A stretch of 64,000 nt of DNA from Lepidodermella squamata (GCA_047495785.1 JBLDXI010000018.1:496001-560000), one strand, 5' to 3'; shown: positions 24,213-36,828, counted from the first letter of the stretch. Numbers and translations are program-made. The notes: generated by a model not told the origin, from the letters alone.

Positions 24213-27200
24213 CTTCTTACTTCTTACTTCTTACTAAATTTTCTTCCCTTCCTCACGTCTTCACGTCTTCCCTTCCGCTTTTCTGTTGTTTCCCGTTATC
24301 TCATGTAAATATAGCTCATATCATCTTTGGCCGTTTTGCGCCGTAATATTAACACAATCACAATTCCTTCAATCCACCCATCCATCCATCCATACATCCT
24401 TCAATCCTTCAATCACAACTCAATTCCTTTTTATATTGCGCCAAATACATCTTCTGTTCTTCGGATAGCTTTGTATTATTGCTCGAATTATGCTGTATAT
24501 ACTTATATCAATCCTTCTTTACACTAAAATTGTTCTTGATGAAAACGCGTGTGGTACCTATGCGGTCGGTATGTGGCATGATGATGCAATAACTGTTGTA
24601 GTACAATAAATAATAATCGCATTTTTCCTAATAATTGTCGTATAATTTCCATTATTTAGAAATTAATAGGCTGAGTTTATAATGAGCAATATTGATATAG
24701 AGGAAGATACTATCGGTTAGTTTTCGGTTAACTCTACATAGAAAACAATTTTGTAATTAATCTTGGAACTTTTTAGAGCCCGTAGCTGCTGCTTCATCTG
24801 TTGATTCGCACGAGGCATTTATGAAATGGCTGAAAGGTGACGATTTGTTTGCATACATATTTTATGACGTCTTATAATATGGTATGTTGTCGTTAAATCA
24901 GAACCGATGGACGCGGAAGAGATGTCTGAAACAGAGGATATGATCCAGGCAGCACTCAACTGGCTGTACAGTAAGTTCAACATATTTCTGTTTTCATTTT
25001 CAGATAATTATTTTTCCGAAAAGTGCCCGCTGAAGATGTCTCAAAAGATGAGCACCTGTTCGAAAATGCTTCGAAAGCTTCAGAAATAGCGCTAATCGCT
25101 ATCAAACAATACCAATCAGCTGCTCAAGGTAAGAAGTTTCAAAAAAATGATGGCATTTTTTGATTGCTTGTTATGATTGTTGTGAATATAATAATAATAA
25201 TAATAGTATTTAAAATTCGATTTGCGCCATTTCATTCAGGGTCGTCGACAAGCGCCGCCGCTGCCACTGTATCACCATACATCGCGAAGTTGCGGTGGAA
25301 CACGACGAAGCTGCCGGACGGCAGTCGCGCGTACCTGATCAGCGTCTTCGGCCTGCGCAACATGCTCGAAGCCGTGCGGCTGCGCCGAACATTGCCGGCT
25401 ACTTGCGAACGCCTCGTCTGTGTGCCATCGGCGTACCCTCTTCAGCCGTGCCGGGCGGTGATCGTCATGCGTGACGAACAAGCAGCACGCGCCATGCTCG
25501 ACCGCGGTGTTCTACTCGTGCCGCCCAGCAACCGCCCGGTCAATGTTATGCGGATGACGCCGCTGTCAAGCGACCACCAAGGCCTCTACAACATCTCGTC
25601 GCAGGCTTTCGTCGACAAGCTGCTGCCGGCGCAAATAAACCTCGCCACTGACTTGTTGCCGCTGCGCGAGTTGGCGGAAATGGCTGTCACCGGCCTCGAC
25701 GCCGTCTCCATCCGCGCGAGCCCGCAGTACCGCTACGCCATCGACCGCGCCAAGCGCACCGTGCTGCTGACGAACGTGCCGCTCGGCAAAACCGCCGACG
25801 ATGTGCGCCAGTACGTGTTGCAGACGGCACCGGCATTATTTCTGCCGACCGACATCGAGAGCGTTCGCCTGCACAAGAACCAGCGCTCAACTGCGTGCGC
25901 CGCCGTCGTCCGCTTGCGCAACGAGGCAATTGCGGGCGAATTCGTCGATCGGCTCGGCAACGACCGTGTCGCCTTCGGCACGCAGCTGTTCGTCGACCGT
26001 GCCGGTGCTGATCGCCAGCTGCAGTCGGCCGATGAAAGGGAACGATGTGCAGTCGACTATGAATCGGCCGTCGACTACACGTTGGCCTATGTGCTGAAGG
26101 TCGACCGCCGCGTTACTCGTGCGCAGCTGCAAGCCGCCTACGCCCAACATCAGGCGCACGATGTGCACGTCGTCCAGCCGCCCGAGGCGCGCTACGCCTT
26201 CGTCGCCGTTCGGTTCGCCACTCACCAACAGCGCGACGCGTTCTGCCGCGCTCGCCCTCTATCATACGGCCGCATGGTGGTGGCCGCGTCGTCTTTCCAC
26301 GAAGCGCGTCAACAACACGACTTCCACCGCGTGCTGGAGCCGAGCGGCCAGGCGTGGCGTCACCTCGACCCGCGCTCGCCCGTTCGTTACGCCGCTCACC
26401 TGCAAACCGGCAGCGACCTGGCGGCTTGGTTCAGCTGCTTTTTCGACGACGGCGAGCAACCGACTGCAGAAGCGCTCGAGAGGCTACTCGAGATAAATTA
26501 CACCGGCGCATTTCGTTCCTCAGCAGAAGCGTACATCAAAGCGCGCTTCACGAACGGCGCCGCTGCGCTGCAACACCTCAGCGCGCAAAGGACAGCTCGT
26601 CGCCAGCACCCAATTTATAAGAAATTTTTTTGTCCCTTCAGCGTCGATATCATGTCTGTTCGTCACATTCTTAGTTTTCTCGACCCGAATTCACGTGAGC
26701 ACGGTGATCTCATGTTCTGCATTAGGCAAACAGTCCCCGCCAGCAATCGCTTCGCTTTCGTCAAGGACCAACTAGCAATAATGGCCAACAATCAACATCT
26801 CATGAGCCAGGTTTATCATCATCGACTCACGGCGTGCTCAACCAACTGCCGCCTGTGCCACGTGCTCACTCCTGATTTCGATTATTTTGTTTCCGACCTC
26901 ATGACCGTGCTTGGTTTACAAAAAAATCACTGTCTAGCTCCTAGCACTTACGTAGTTACCGATCTGATCGGCTCTGACCTCCTATATTTAGGCAAGACTA
27001 ACCGTCCACTGAAGCGCCCCACTGATCACATTGGTGACGTAGAGCGCCTCGACCTCAGCCGCACCATCCCTCACTTTTGCTACAAGCACGGTTTTCGCCA
27101 CCCTCAATACCCTTTCCAAATGAACCTGTTAGCTGTTAGCCCCAACGCACACTTCGTCGAACAGACTCTTATCGACGTTTGTTGGGAATTTACCTCGAAT

Positions 27201-27367
27201 TTATCGAGATATGACTGGCGTTAGTTATTCCTGCTCACGCTACTTGATATAAAAATTCTGGTAAAATTTTGCATTCAAAATTATTTTTTCAAAACTCAAT
27301 TAAGTAATTAGACGAGCTGTCTTTTGACTCTGGCTTTTGACTCTTACGTGTCTGTGTGCCTTGCAGT
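22857..27367 (+). repeat. Copy B of the duplicated cassette (left boundary not definable in this window)
   Basis: Direct alignment with 1-4567. Confidence 0.95.
24682..27224 (+). CDS. 3xRRM + Cys-linker + GIY-YIG endonuclease fusion, copy B (~750 aa); exons 24682-24715, 24777-24836, 24902-24970, 25024-25128, 25240-27224
   Basis: Same exon structure and motifs as copy A. ORF is open and the differences are mostly synonymous. Confidence 0.8.
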
Positions 27368-29071
27368 TGATCTCGGTGATCTCCTGATTACTCATCGTTA
27401 ATCAAGTCTGAAAATCGCCGTTTATTGTTCTGCGGTCTGGCTAGGCTATATACCCATAGAATTTCTTTTAATTTATGTGCCAAAATGAATTAATTGAGCG
27501 ATGCTGAGAAATTTTATCAGAATTTTATTATACCTAAGATGGATGTTATGATTTTCTGAATAATTGTTAATCTTAAATATTTCTGAAACATATGGAAAAA
27601 TCATCTCGATCGTGGTTAATTTGAAGTTAATATCTGAAATAAGCTGACTTTCGCTTTGGCTGACTATCTTTTCTAAGCCTCTCCTCTCAAATATCGTGAA
27701 TTGGATGACAAATGTAATCGAGTTGCCTCCTGTATTAACCTTCCGGCTAAATATTTGTGTGTAAATTTATACCATCAAGCCATTTAAACTATATCGCTCG
27801 GTTGATATATACATGATATATACATGTATTGGTTTGCGATTCCATTTTACATTTCCGCTTCAATTGCTAGTGGCAGGATTCAAGAATGACAACGATGTAA
27901 CAACAACGAATTATGAATTTATGAATGTCTAAAGCACCATATTCATCGGTGTGTGCTGGCCTCGTAACAAGCCGAGAATTATCACCGTTTCTAGATTCGA
28001 AAAATATTTATAACATCATTTTCACGATTATTCTATTCTGTCATCGTTGCAATAAATCTTACACGGAGAGTGTTTTCAATCCTTCAATTTTTTGTCAAGT
28101 CGCGGATAATCGATAATCACATTATTTTTTCGTAAAGAAATGGCGTTACATGTGACTGGTTGCTCATTGAGTCGCGCTGATTTCGGTTGATTGATTAGAT
28201 TCAATATGAAGTAGGATAAGAAATATTGAAAATGATAGCGTGATCCATTTTACACTTGATCCATTGATTTTTAATATTGCCTTCGACTTGAAACACACAG
28301 GACAGGCGAGAAAAGTAATTGACCATGACCGCTATAAATCAATCTGAAAACATTCATTCAATGTAAAAATCTGACCTTCCGGACTCAGAGGTAAGTGAGA
28401 ACTTGTCCGTGTTAGGTTTCGACTAAATTTAATCGGCCTTGAATAAAATAGTAGGTACTTATACCGACCGCAATGTGTAATCCGCGCACTCGTCCACTCG
28501 CCTTTTGACGCGAAAGGCCTCATTTGAAAAAAAAACAGCCAATGTAAAATCGCCCCGTTTTATTTCAATTTTGCTACTGAGGTGTCACAGGATTATCGCA
28601 TTTCGAGCTTACAAGGAATTGAGTGTCACGTCGCTGAACTGGGCCACGTGGACCGTCACAACACCCTTTTCTCTACATCATAGCTTAGTTTGAGCAACCT
28701 TTTGTTTAGGGTGTGGTGTCATGTAATTAGATGTGCAACCGATGCGAACGTCAAATTGATTGATACCTACTTATTTAAAAAATATTTACTTCCCACGGGC
28801 CCACCAGCGGGGCGCCCATTTGTGAAGGGCAGCGGTTGCGCAACACGGGCGGCTTTGTTAGCAGGTGCCCGGGTGCGTACTCATTTATTTAAACCTTGGA
28901 GGAGTAGTTTAAACTGGGGGGCCGTATTCTATTCAAGGATTAGAAACCATTACTCCAAGATTTGACTGTAATGCGTTAAACATTCGTAAGTAGTAAGTTA
29001 CATGTTTATTTTATACCATTTACTATACAACTCATCTTTATTATCTTTCATCAGCTTGCTCCAGGTATACT

Positions 29072-29374
29072 CAACAGCGCATTTGATGCGTATTCAACGA
29101 CGGATAATCGACCTTAATCGCCGATTATTCACGATACTTACAGAAGAGTCAGCCGTACTCGAGTGACCCATCGTAACTCACCCACATCTCGTTTCCATAA
29201 CATACTACATACCCACCAATAAGGTATTGTGTGGCAGCCAACGGGATTTGGTGACCGATGAATTGGCAAACACACAAGTAGACCATTGTCGCACATAGTT
29301 GTCAGAATTGACGTGGCACGGTGTACGAGATGTATTATATACCTACCGAACAACTACGATAACCGACGCAAGCT
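29072..29374 (+). ncRNA. Candidate structured ncRNA / conserved non-coding repeat, copy 2
   Basis: Shares AACGACGGATAATCG, TTAATCGCCGATTATT, GAGTCAGCCGTACTCGAGT, CCCATCGTAACTCACCCACATC, CCAACGGGATTTGGTGACCGATGAATTGGCAAACAC and GACCATTGTCGCACAT with copy 1. Confidence 0.55.
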
Positions 29375-29529
29375 ATCGTACCCTGGGCGACGCCTGTTCA
29401 CGCGCGTATAGCACCGGCATTCCGCATTTCGATAATTGCTTGTACACTACACAACAAATACATACCTGAAACCAATCACACGCACGTGCGGCTATTTTTT
29501 CTACCTACTAGACAGCGTTTTATAACATC

Positions 29530-30386
29530 ATGATATTCCAACTGGGTTCGCTGCTATTGCTTATTCGTAAGCATTTACATCGCCATTTTTCTACTCCGTA
29601 TTTTTACGTTTAATTAATTGATTCAGGCTCAAGTGTGGCGATTCGGTGCTACTATTGCCAAACCCATGACATCGCTACCTGTGAACGCCTCGCCACCATC
29701 GTCACGTGTCCTGTTGGCTTCAATCGCTGCTACGTTCGTTTTTATTCGTTTTTATCAGCACCATTCTCTTGCAATCGTGCTTCTTTTATCCTATTTTTAT
29801 AGTATTCGTACTCGATGTGGAAACCGATGCCCAAGTCTACGACGACTACAACAACAACAACGACCACTACTACGCCAATGACTTCAACCCTGCTACAGGT
29901 GTTAGTATCTGCGAATGGCACGCTGCTCAGTGCGAGCAATGTCACCGATGAACTCGCGGCGCCGGCTGCCGTGATGATGGAAGAACGCCGGGCCGAGGAG
30001 ATTTTCCTCCAGGCGTCCGCCAATTTCGACGAGCCGTCGCGCGAAATCATCGACCGGCCAAACGGCGAAGATTGGGAGAAAATCGCACAGGGTTGCGCGC
30101 GAGCTGGCGATTTTCCGTGCAGCGGGTCCGAGGGGCGGGGCTCGAGGCCAGATCAGGTGCGACAAAAGCGAAACAAATATTAAATTTTCTTCAACTAATT
30201 TTGATCCGTTTTTATTAGGACTTTTGTTTCGGCGACCTGTCCTACGGCAACTGCATCGGTATCCAGTGCAATAACCCAGGTGTGACGCTCATCTACGCCA
30301 ACCATGCGACGCCTTCGAAGCAGAGTTCTCACCTGTCTACTCTCCTGCTATTAGCCAGTTTGCGTTCGCTATCTCAGCTGCTTTGA
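29530..30386 (+). CDS. Ly6/uPAR (three-finger) GPI-type protein with a Thr-rich insertion (~221 aa); exons 29530-29566, 29627-29733, 29803-30156, 30219-30386
   Basis: Signal peptide MIFQLGSLLLLIRSSVA, then IRCYYC...C...TC...RCY. Ten Cys in total, ending C-IGIQ-CN. Hydrophobic C-tail. Splice phases fit. Confidence 0.8.
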
Positions 30387-31119
30387 ATCCGCAACAACAT
30401 ATTATGAGATCGTTGAACGCTCGCTTTTTATTTCTTTGTAAATACTCAGGTTTTGTTATACCATTTTCCGATGTAAAAAAATTACTATTCAACTTGAGAT
30501 AAATATAGAATTGTCGCCAAAAATATAGGTCGAGTCGCTATGACAATTCGATATTTTACGGTATAACATTCGTAAATCGTTCATATCTGAACTCGCCGCA
30601 CTCGATTTACTCATCGCAACTCGCCTCCGGCTCGTCACGACTCGTAAATCTCGGGCGGCTCCGTACAGATATAAACGTTTTACTCATGTCATACCATACA
30701 AATATAAAGCAGGCATTTCGCGAGGTGTTTTTGAAAAATAAAATTTACAACAATGAAAAATACGATAAGTTTTTCCTTTTTTCACAAAGTGATGCAAAGT
30801 AAAAATAAATATGAAATTTGCATATTCAAATAACTTCATCAGGCCAGAATAAAGCGGTTGTGAATCTTCGCACCTAGCTATAAAACTTCGCAGAGAAAAT
30901 AAGGTCATTAAATAAATTTCATTATAATAAAAATCAACAAAATTTTTTTCTCGAATGCCATTAAAATATTCACGATATTAAATAGGTAGATTTAGAGAGG
31001 AATGCATCAATACACGCAAAAATAGTCCTGGTCAGCTCGTTTTACAGTCGAAAAATAGGTAGGTATACGTAAATATTTGCAGAGATTTCGTGACCGAATT
31101 GATAAAGGGGTTCGAGAAA

Positions 31120-32783
31120 TCAATACTTCCGTGATGACCACTTGTGCTCGAAGGCTGTCGACGCCCGCATCAGCGAATCACGATATTGGCGCAAGTAGTT
31201 GTTGTGCGATACGTCATCCCATGGCGCGCGTATTTTATCGTTATTCTTTGCCGCCTCGTACCAAAAATTCGAATTTCTCAACTCGTACCATTTGTGCTGA
31301 GGTCCACGTAGACGCTCTATCTCAGCAAGTCGCCGCATTTCCAGAAGAGCCTCTTCCTCCAAATGCAGTTTCTCGGCCTTAAGACGAAGCATTTCGAGCT
31401 GAAACGTAGCCGGATCGTACTCCGAGCGTTCGGCCATGTCTACGACATCTGCGACATCGCCGCCGCGAATCGAACTGCGAAGGGCCCTTGGTGAAGTTGA
31501 GGCATACCTAAAAATTGAACTTATTAGCCACAAGAAAGCTATTAGTAAGATGTTTTAACCTTGACGGATCGTAAGATGACCGCACTGGTGAATGCTTCCA
31601 TGTAGATGCCGAACTTGGCCTCGGTCTGTATGCTTGTTCCGGCGAAAAGGTCTGATATTGAAATGTTGCCGTGGCTGGGAAATATTCATGAACAAGCGGA
31701 TCCTTCATATCCAACAAATCGTCTGTTGCTGAGTTGAACCTAAAATTCATTGGTGTGATAGAAAAAACTTGACAAAATAATTCGAACCGATGTTCCGGTT
31801 TTGTAAACCAGTTTTGAGGCTGGCCCCGCAGGTCACCGGCAGAACCCGTGCGCCTGGACGAAAAGCAATTAACAAAATTCAATAATACACTGAAACATCC
31901 AGGACAAACCTTAGCGAGCTTCTGAAATTAGCCGAATCGTCGACGAGTTTGCGCATCTCATTGGCAACCTCGTCACCCTCGTCGTTTTCATTGCGGCTGC
32001 TGTATAGATTGTGACGCTTTGCCGGCATCGTTGTGGTCGCTGAGAACGGGCGGCTGTTGAAAATTGCTCTCGGAGAGTAAGCTTCCCGATGGGCAAGTTT
32101 TCTAGGCCTGTCTTCTTCGTATCTATAACGCTATTCAAATTAATCACAGAGAAGCTCAAATCGCACTAGTAACCTGGCTAAATTCATCTGACTGCGTAAA
32201 ACATTTAGCTTGTCCATGATTTGGCGCAATTTGCGATGTGAAACTCTGCCAATCGATTCGTTCAGTTCGGCAGTCACTAAATCAAGTTGACGAGCAAGAA
32301 AGTCCAGCCGACTGTTTCCAGTATCCGAATATTTCAGGCCTTGCCTGCGTTGCTTTTGAGAAATCGCAGGCACCAAGCCATAAGGCTCGACTCTGGTTCC
32401 CATATCTTTCTTCACGACATACTCTAGCTCACTGTTTGTCAGATAATTCGTTCGCCGTAAGCTATGAAAGAAGTATAGAATGTAGCAAGTGTGGTGAATT
32501 CATTGGGCGTTCATCAATTTAGGTATAAGTAGGTAGGTATTAGCCGCGCAACAAATGACACCAGTCTATCTAGTCATCTTATCATCTGAAAGAAAACGGC
32601 TGACGCATCATCATTAGAGCGCAACGCCCTGTTTAAAATGACTGAAGATAAAGACATGGCCGAAATCCCTTGGCATGTACGAAATAGATTGATGGCAGCA
32701 AGAAATTTCACAAACCTCATCGGAGACTTGTTGCCATTGAGCGCCCACATGGCATCAACTGTTTTCCTTTTGCCAACTGCCAT
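31120..32783 (-). CDS. Uncharacterised multi-exon coiled-coil protein; 5' end uncertain
   Basis: Chain of minus-strand ORFs joined by ~50-nt GT-AG introns (e.g. exons 31739-31560 and 31507-31120). C-terminal EIERLRGPQHKWYELR...YEAAKNN. Confidence 0.6.
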
Positions 32784-33709
32784 TTTTGATATGATAAATG
32801 TCCTAATAAAATGAAAATGCTTCGTTTTAACCCGCAGGTAACTGAATTACAATAGGCTCAAATCAGGAACTTAATAAAATCAGGAATTCCTTCTTTCAGT
32901 GACAGTATCAGTAATCAGTAGATTGGGCGCGCGTCGGACAGAAGGCTTGCTGAGAGCTTCGGAGTACTAACATCATATTAAACAATGGCCCTTGTCAACT
33001 GGTCCTATTGAAACCTCTTCACTTTTGCTTGTCGTCGTTGGCAATATGACAGCAGAAAATTCAAAATAGAGAAACATCATATTCGCCGGCGGGCGAAGTT
33101 TCCGCAATAAGTGAAGTGGATCATGCCGACTATTTTTGCCATTATGTGATGCCGTAAGCCGTAACTAAGAGTTGGTAGTACTTTTTCAAGCTCTATCAGA
33201 CAGACCTCTGCCATTGAATGTTACATTTCTTTAGAGCGAAGGTAGAAGATGCATTATCTTTAAAACGCGTTGGCGCTACGCTGCTGTTGGACACACCTTG
33301 AAAGGACTGCATGCAACGTTACTAAAGAAGCCAAATTCAAAATAAAAGAGTATTTTATATCATTATTACTTAAAAATTGTTAAAGACCCACTTTTCATAT
33401 ATAATTTAATTTCGGCAATGACCAAATGATTAATTGCCGCCAATTTTCTCGAAATTTTTCTGTGCTCTGAAGTTTTCATGCTGTAATCTCACCGGTTGTC
33501 TGCGGGGGAAGTATCTTGCTAAGCGTTTCACGTTCTTATTCTTACTACATTGCGTCTTCTTATCTCCAATTGATATCTCACTGGTTAGCAGTGCCCACTG
33601 AGAGGGAAAAGACTGAAGGAATTAAGCGTGCTCTGTCACCGGTTTTACTCTTTAACCTTCCAAAACTTCTAGATTTGCCGAACTCCCTACCTAAACCTTA
33701 AACAGTGCA

Positions 33710-35023
33710 ATGACAGATAAGTCGAGCCGTTCCATTTTTGGTGAGAGATGAAGACTTTGATTGATGAAACTAAATTTTACTCAATTTTGCTTTCTTGTTC
33801 AGTCGGAAACATTCCTTACGAAGCGACGGAGGAACAGCTGCGTGATATCTTTGTTCAAGCTGGCCCGATTATCGCATTCAGACTGGTGTACGACAGAGAA
33901 ACTGGTAAACCCAAAGGCTACGGTTTCTGCGAATATCAAGGTATTCCTGCTCGTATGTTTCTTGGCGATCTTTATCTACTGATATGTTATAGATGCTGAA
34001 ACTGCTCAGAGTGCTATTCGTAATTTGTCGAACGTTGAAATCAACGGTCGCAATCTGCGCATTGGTTTCGCTTCGGGTGAACAGACACACCAAGCTATCG
34101 ATTCATTTCAAGGTTACATCCAGCCTGACACTGAACGAATTCATGGCGACCCTGTTGAGCCGGAACGAGCCCCTGAAGCTATCAGCCGAGCCGTTGCATC
34201 CCTCCCTCCAGAGCAGATGTATGAACTGATGAAGCAAATGAAAGTTTGCATTCAGAACAATCCAAACGAGGCGCGTAACATGCTGCTGCAAAACCCCCAG
34301 CTGGCCTACGCGTTACTACAAGCTCAAATAATTATGAAAATCGTCGACCCTCAAGTTGCAATGAGTTTGCTGCACCGTCCTCGCGATACCCCGGTTGTGC
34401 CGTTGCAGCCACCGGCCGCTCCTCCTGGAGCCGCTGGAATGAACCCGTACGCACCGGCTCCACAGGCCATGGTCCCGCAACAGCCGATGGGCATTCCGCC
34501 TCAAGTCATTCCCCCACCGATGCCGGTTCAGACTAATGGCATCGTGCCCCAACAGCCACCCGTGCAGCCACCGCCGGCACCGGTCGTCGCACCAGTGCCA
34601 GCAGCGCCTCAATCTGCTCAACCGCCTCGTCTGGTCGACCCGCGCATGATGCGCAACCAGTCGCAGTCGGGCGCCCCGCCACCGCCCGTCGCACCAGCTC
34701 CGATGCCAGCTGCACCGGCTCCTCAGGCCGCGCCTGTTTTACCATCCCTGGGTGCAATGGGCGCCAGCGGTGGAGGCGCTGCTGCTGACCAGGAGCGAAA
34801 TCAGCTCATTATGCAGGTGAGTAAAGCAGTGATATAATTGCGAAAAGTTTTTAAAAGTAGAATTCATAATGAAATTGATCGGCGTAATAGAATGTTAAAA
34901 CGTGTGTTTCTTTCGTTTTAGGTGTTGAGTTTGCGCCCGGAACAAATCGAAATGCTGCCGCCGGACCAGCGCCAGTCGATTCTGTTGCTCAAGGAACAAA
35001 TCAGCAAAAACATGGCTTTCTGA
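33710..35023 (+). CDS. CSTF2: Cleavage stimulation factor 64 kDa subunit; exons 33710-33740, 33803-33940, 33993-34816, 34922-35023
   Basis: [20 protein letters not shown]...[14 protein letters not shown], hinge [26 protein letters not shown]-terminal [31 protein letters not shown]. Confidence 0.97.
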
Positions 35024-35180
35024 AACTCTGTTGATCTGCCTACGTGCTGTTTTTTTGTCATTAAAACCTTGGAAGATTTTTTTGCTACCTGTTTCTGAGA
35101 ATTGTTTTATTTAAATTGATTGTAGGACTTGTTGTTTATTTATTAATTGATTAATTAGCTGATTGCTTGATTGCTGAGGT

Positions 35181-35693
35181 ATGGCAGCTTCGGCGACTGC
35201 GGCGACGAACACGGCGAACCTGAGCCAGACGCGGCTGCCGGTGAAGAAGCAGGCGACGGAGGACGCGTACGCGGCACCGGCCAACTTCCTGGAGATCGAC
35301 GTGCTGGCGCCGGAGACGCACGGCATCGGCAACAAGCGGTACACGGACTACGAGGTGCGCATGCGCACGAACCTGCCCATCTTCCGCCAGAAGGAGGTGT
35401 CGGTGCGGCGGCGCTACTCGGACTTTGTGTGGCTGAAGGCGGAGCTGGAGCGCGACTCGAAGATCATCGTGCCGGCCCTGCCGCCGAAATCGATCATGCG
35501 CCTGCTGCCGTTCCGCAACGACGAGGGCATCTTCGACGAGGCGTTCATCGAGGAGCGGCGCAAGGGCCTCGAGGCGTTCATCAACAAGGTGGCCGGGCAC
35601 CCGCTGGCGCAGAACGAGCGCTGCCTGCACCTGTTCCTGCAGGACCCCGTCATCGACAAGAACTACGTTCCCGGCAAGGTGCGCACCAACTGA
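35181..35693 (+). CDS. SNX3: Sorting nexin 3/12 (PX-only), single coding exon
   Basis: DAYAAPANFLEIDV...YTDYEVRMRTNLPIF...RRRYSDF...AGHPLAQNERCLHLFLQ. Confidence 0.95.
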   Translation: MAASATAATNTANLSQTRLPVKKQATEDAYAAPANFLEIDVLAPETHGIGNKRYTDYEVRMRTNLPIFRQKEVSVRRRYSDFVWLKAELERDSKIIVPALPPKSIMRLLPFRNDEGIFDEAFIEERRKGLEAFINKVAGHPLAQNERCLHLFLQDPVIDKNYVPGKVRTN

Positions 35694-36828
35694 GAACACG
35701 TATTCATCCAGCCATTCATTCATCCATATGCGATATACCTACTACTAATAATTTTAGTATACCTAGACGAAAATATGATAATACTTACTACAACAACAAC
35801 ATGATGTGCAAAATGTCCTATCATCATCATTGTTGGTTTCAATCAGAGCATTTTTTGAATTCATGAAACCTGAGATGAGAATTTATGAATTGCGAATGTG
35901 ATTTGACGGGCGGGCGGACAGGCGCTGCTTATATACGTTCATATCTATCTAATTTTCTTGTTATACCTGTTATATTATATTGTAATTATTATTCGAAATC
36001 GCTCCGATGCAAGTATTATTAACATTTTCAATAAAACACACGAAACCTTGCTGGTTACCTGTTTTGAGTCCGTGTAGTCAGTCAGTCGCACATGTCAGTC
36101 TGATGATTGAAAACATGTTCATCGCCAGTCAGTTATTCGACCTGCCGCCGTAGTAATTTGTATTCACCAATGAAAAATGATAAATGTATATCAGCCATCA
36201 TGTCATTCACGTTCGTATTCCAATCATCCAATGTCACTGAAGTGTATTATGCTTTTAGCTCTCCAGCTTCAATCGTCGACGAATTTGAAGCTTTCGACAC
36301 ATTCTTGTGGCGCGCACTGCGTGCTAATAATAATGCTATTTTGTCTTCTTTTACTATTATTATTACTATTTCTGTGGCAAATGCTTTTTCTAAATATAAT
36401 AGAACAACTGCAACAATTATTGCCGGTTACAAATCGCGAAATTATTTATACTATTCTAAATTTGAAAAAAATAATCAATGTGAGGTCGTGTCTACTCGTC
36501 TAACGATTACTCCTAATAATATCTAAACAATAATGTCTCCCTTCACCTTCTCTCGTTTAGCTCATGTGCACGCAGCAATATACATGCGATGATTGCGGTG
36601 AATGGAAAATGAATTTATGGGTTGTAACGCTTTTTCGGTGTTTGGATGATGAAATTTATCCGCTGCAGGCTTCACCTTTATTATTATATTATTAAATGTT
36701 GACACGAAACAATTTTATTGTACCTGGAAACCGCGCGACCATTTTGCATAAAATAAACGAGAATAAAATAACACGTCAGTAACATTGCGCTGTTTAAAAC
36801 GATTATTTTAAGGAAGATTGACGTTGGC

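Noticed and set aside
24682-27224. Intact Penelope-like retrotransposon
   Set aside because: No RT motifs, no recognisable pLTR or poly-A, and the gene has four spliceosomal introns.
28790-28880. GC-rich stem-loop cluster as an HDV-like ribozyme
   Set aside because: Could not assemble the nested double pseudoknot by eye, and there is only one copy in the window.
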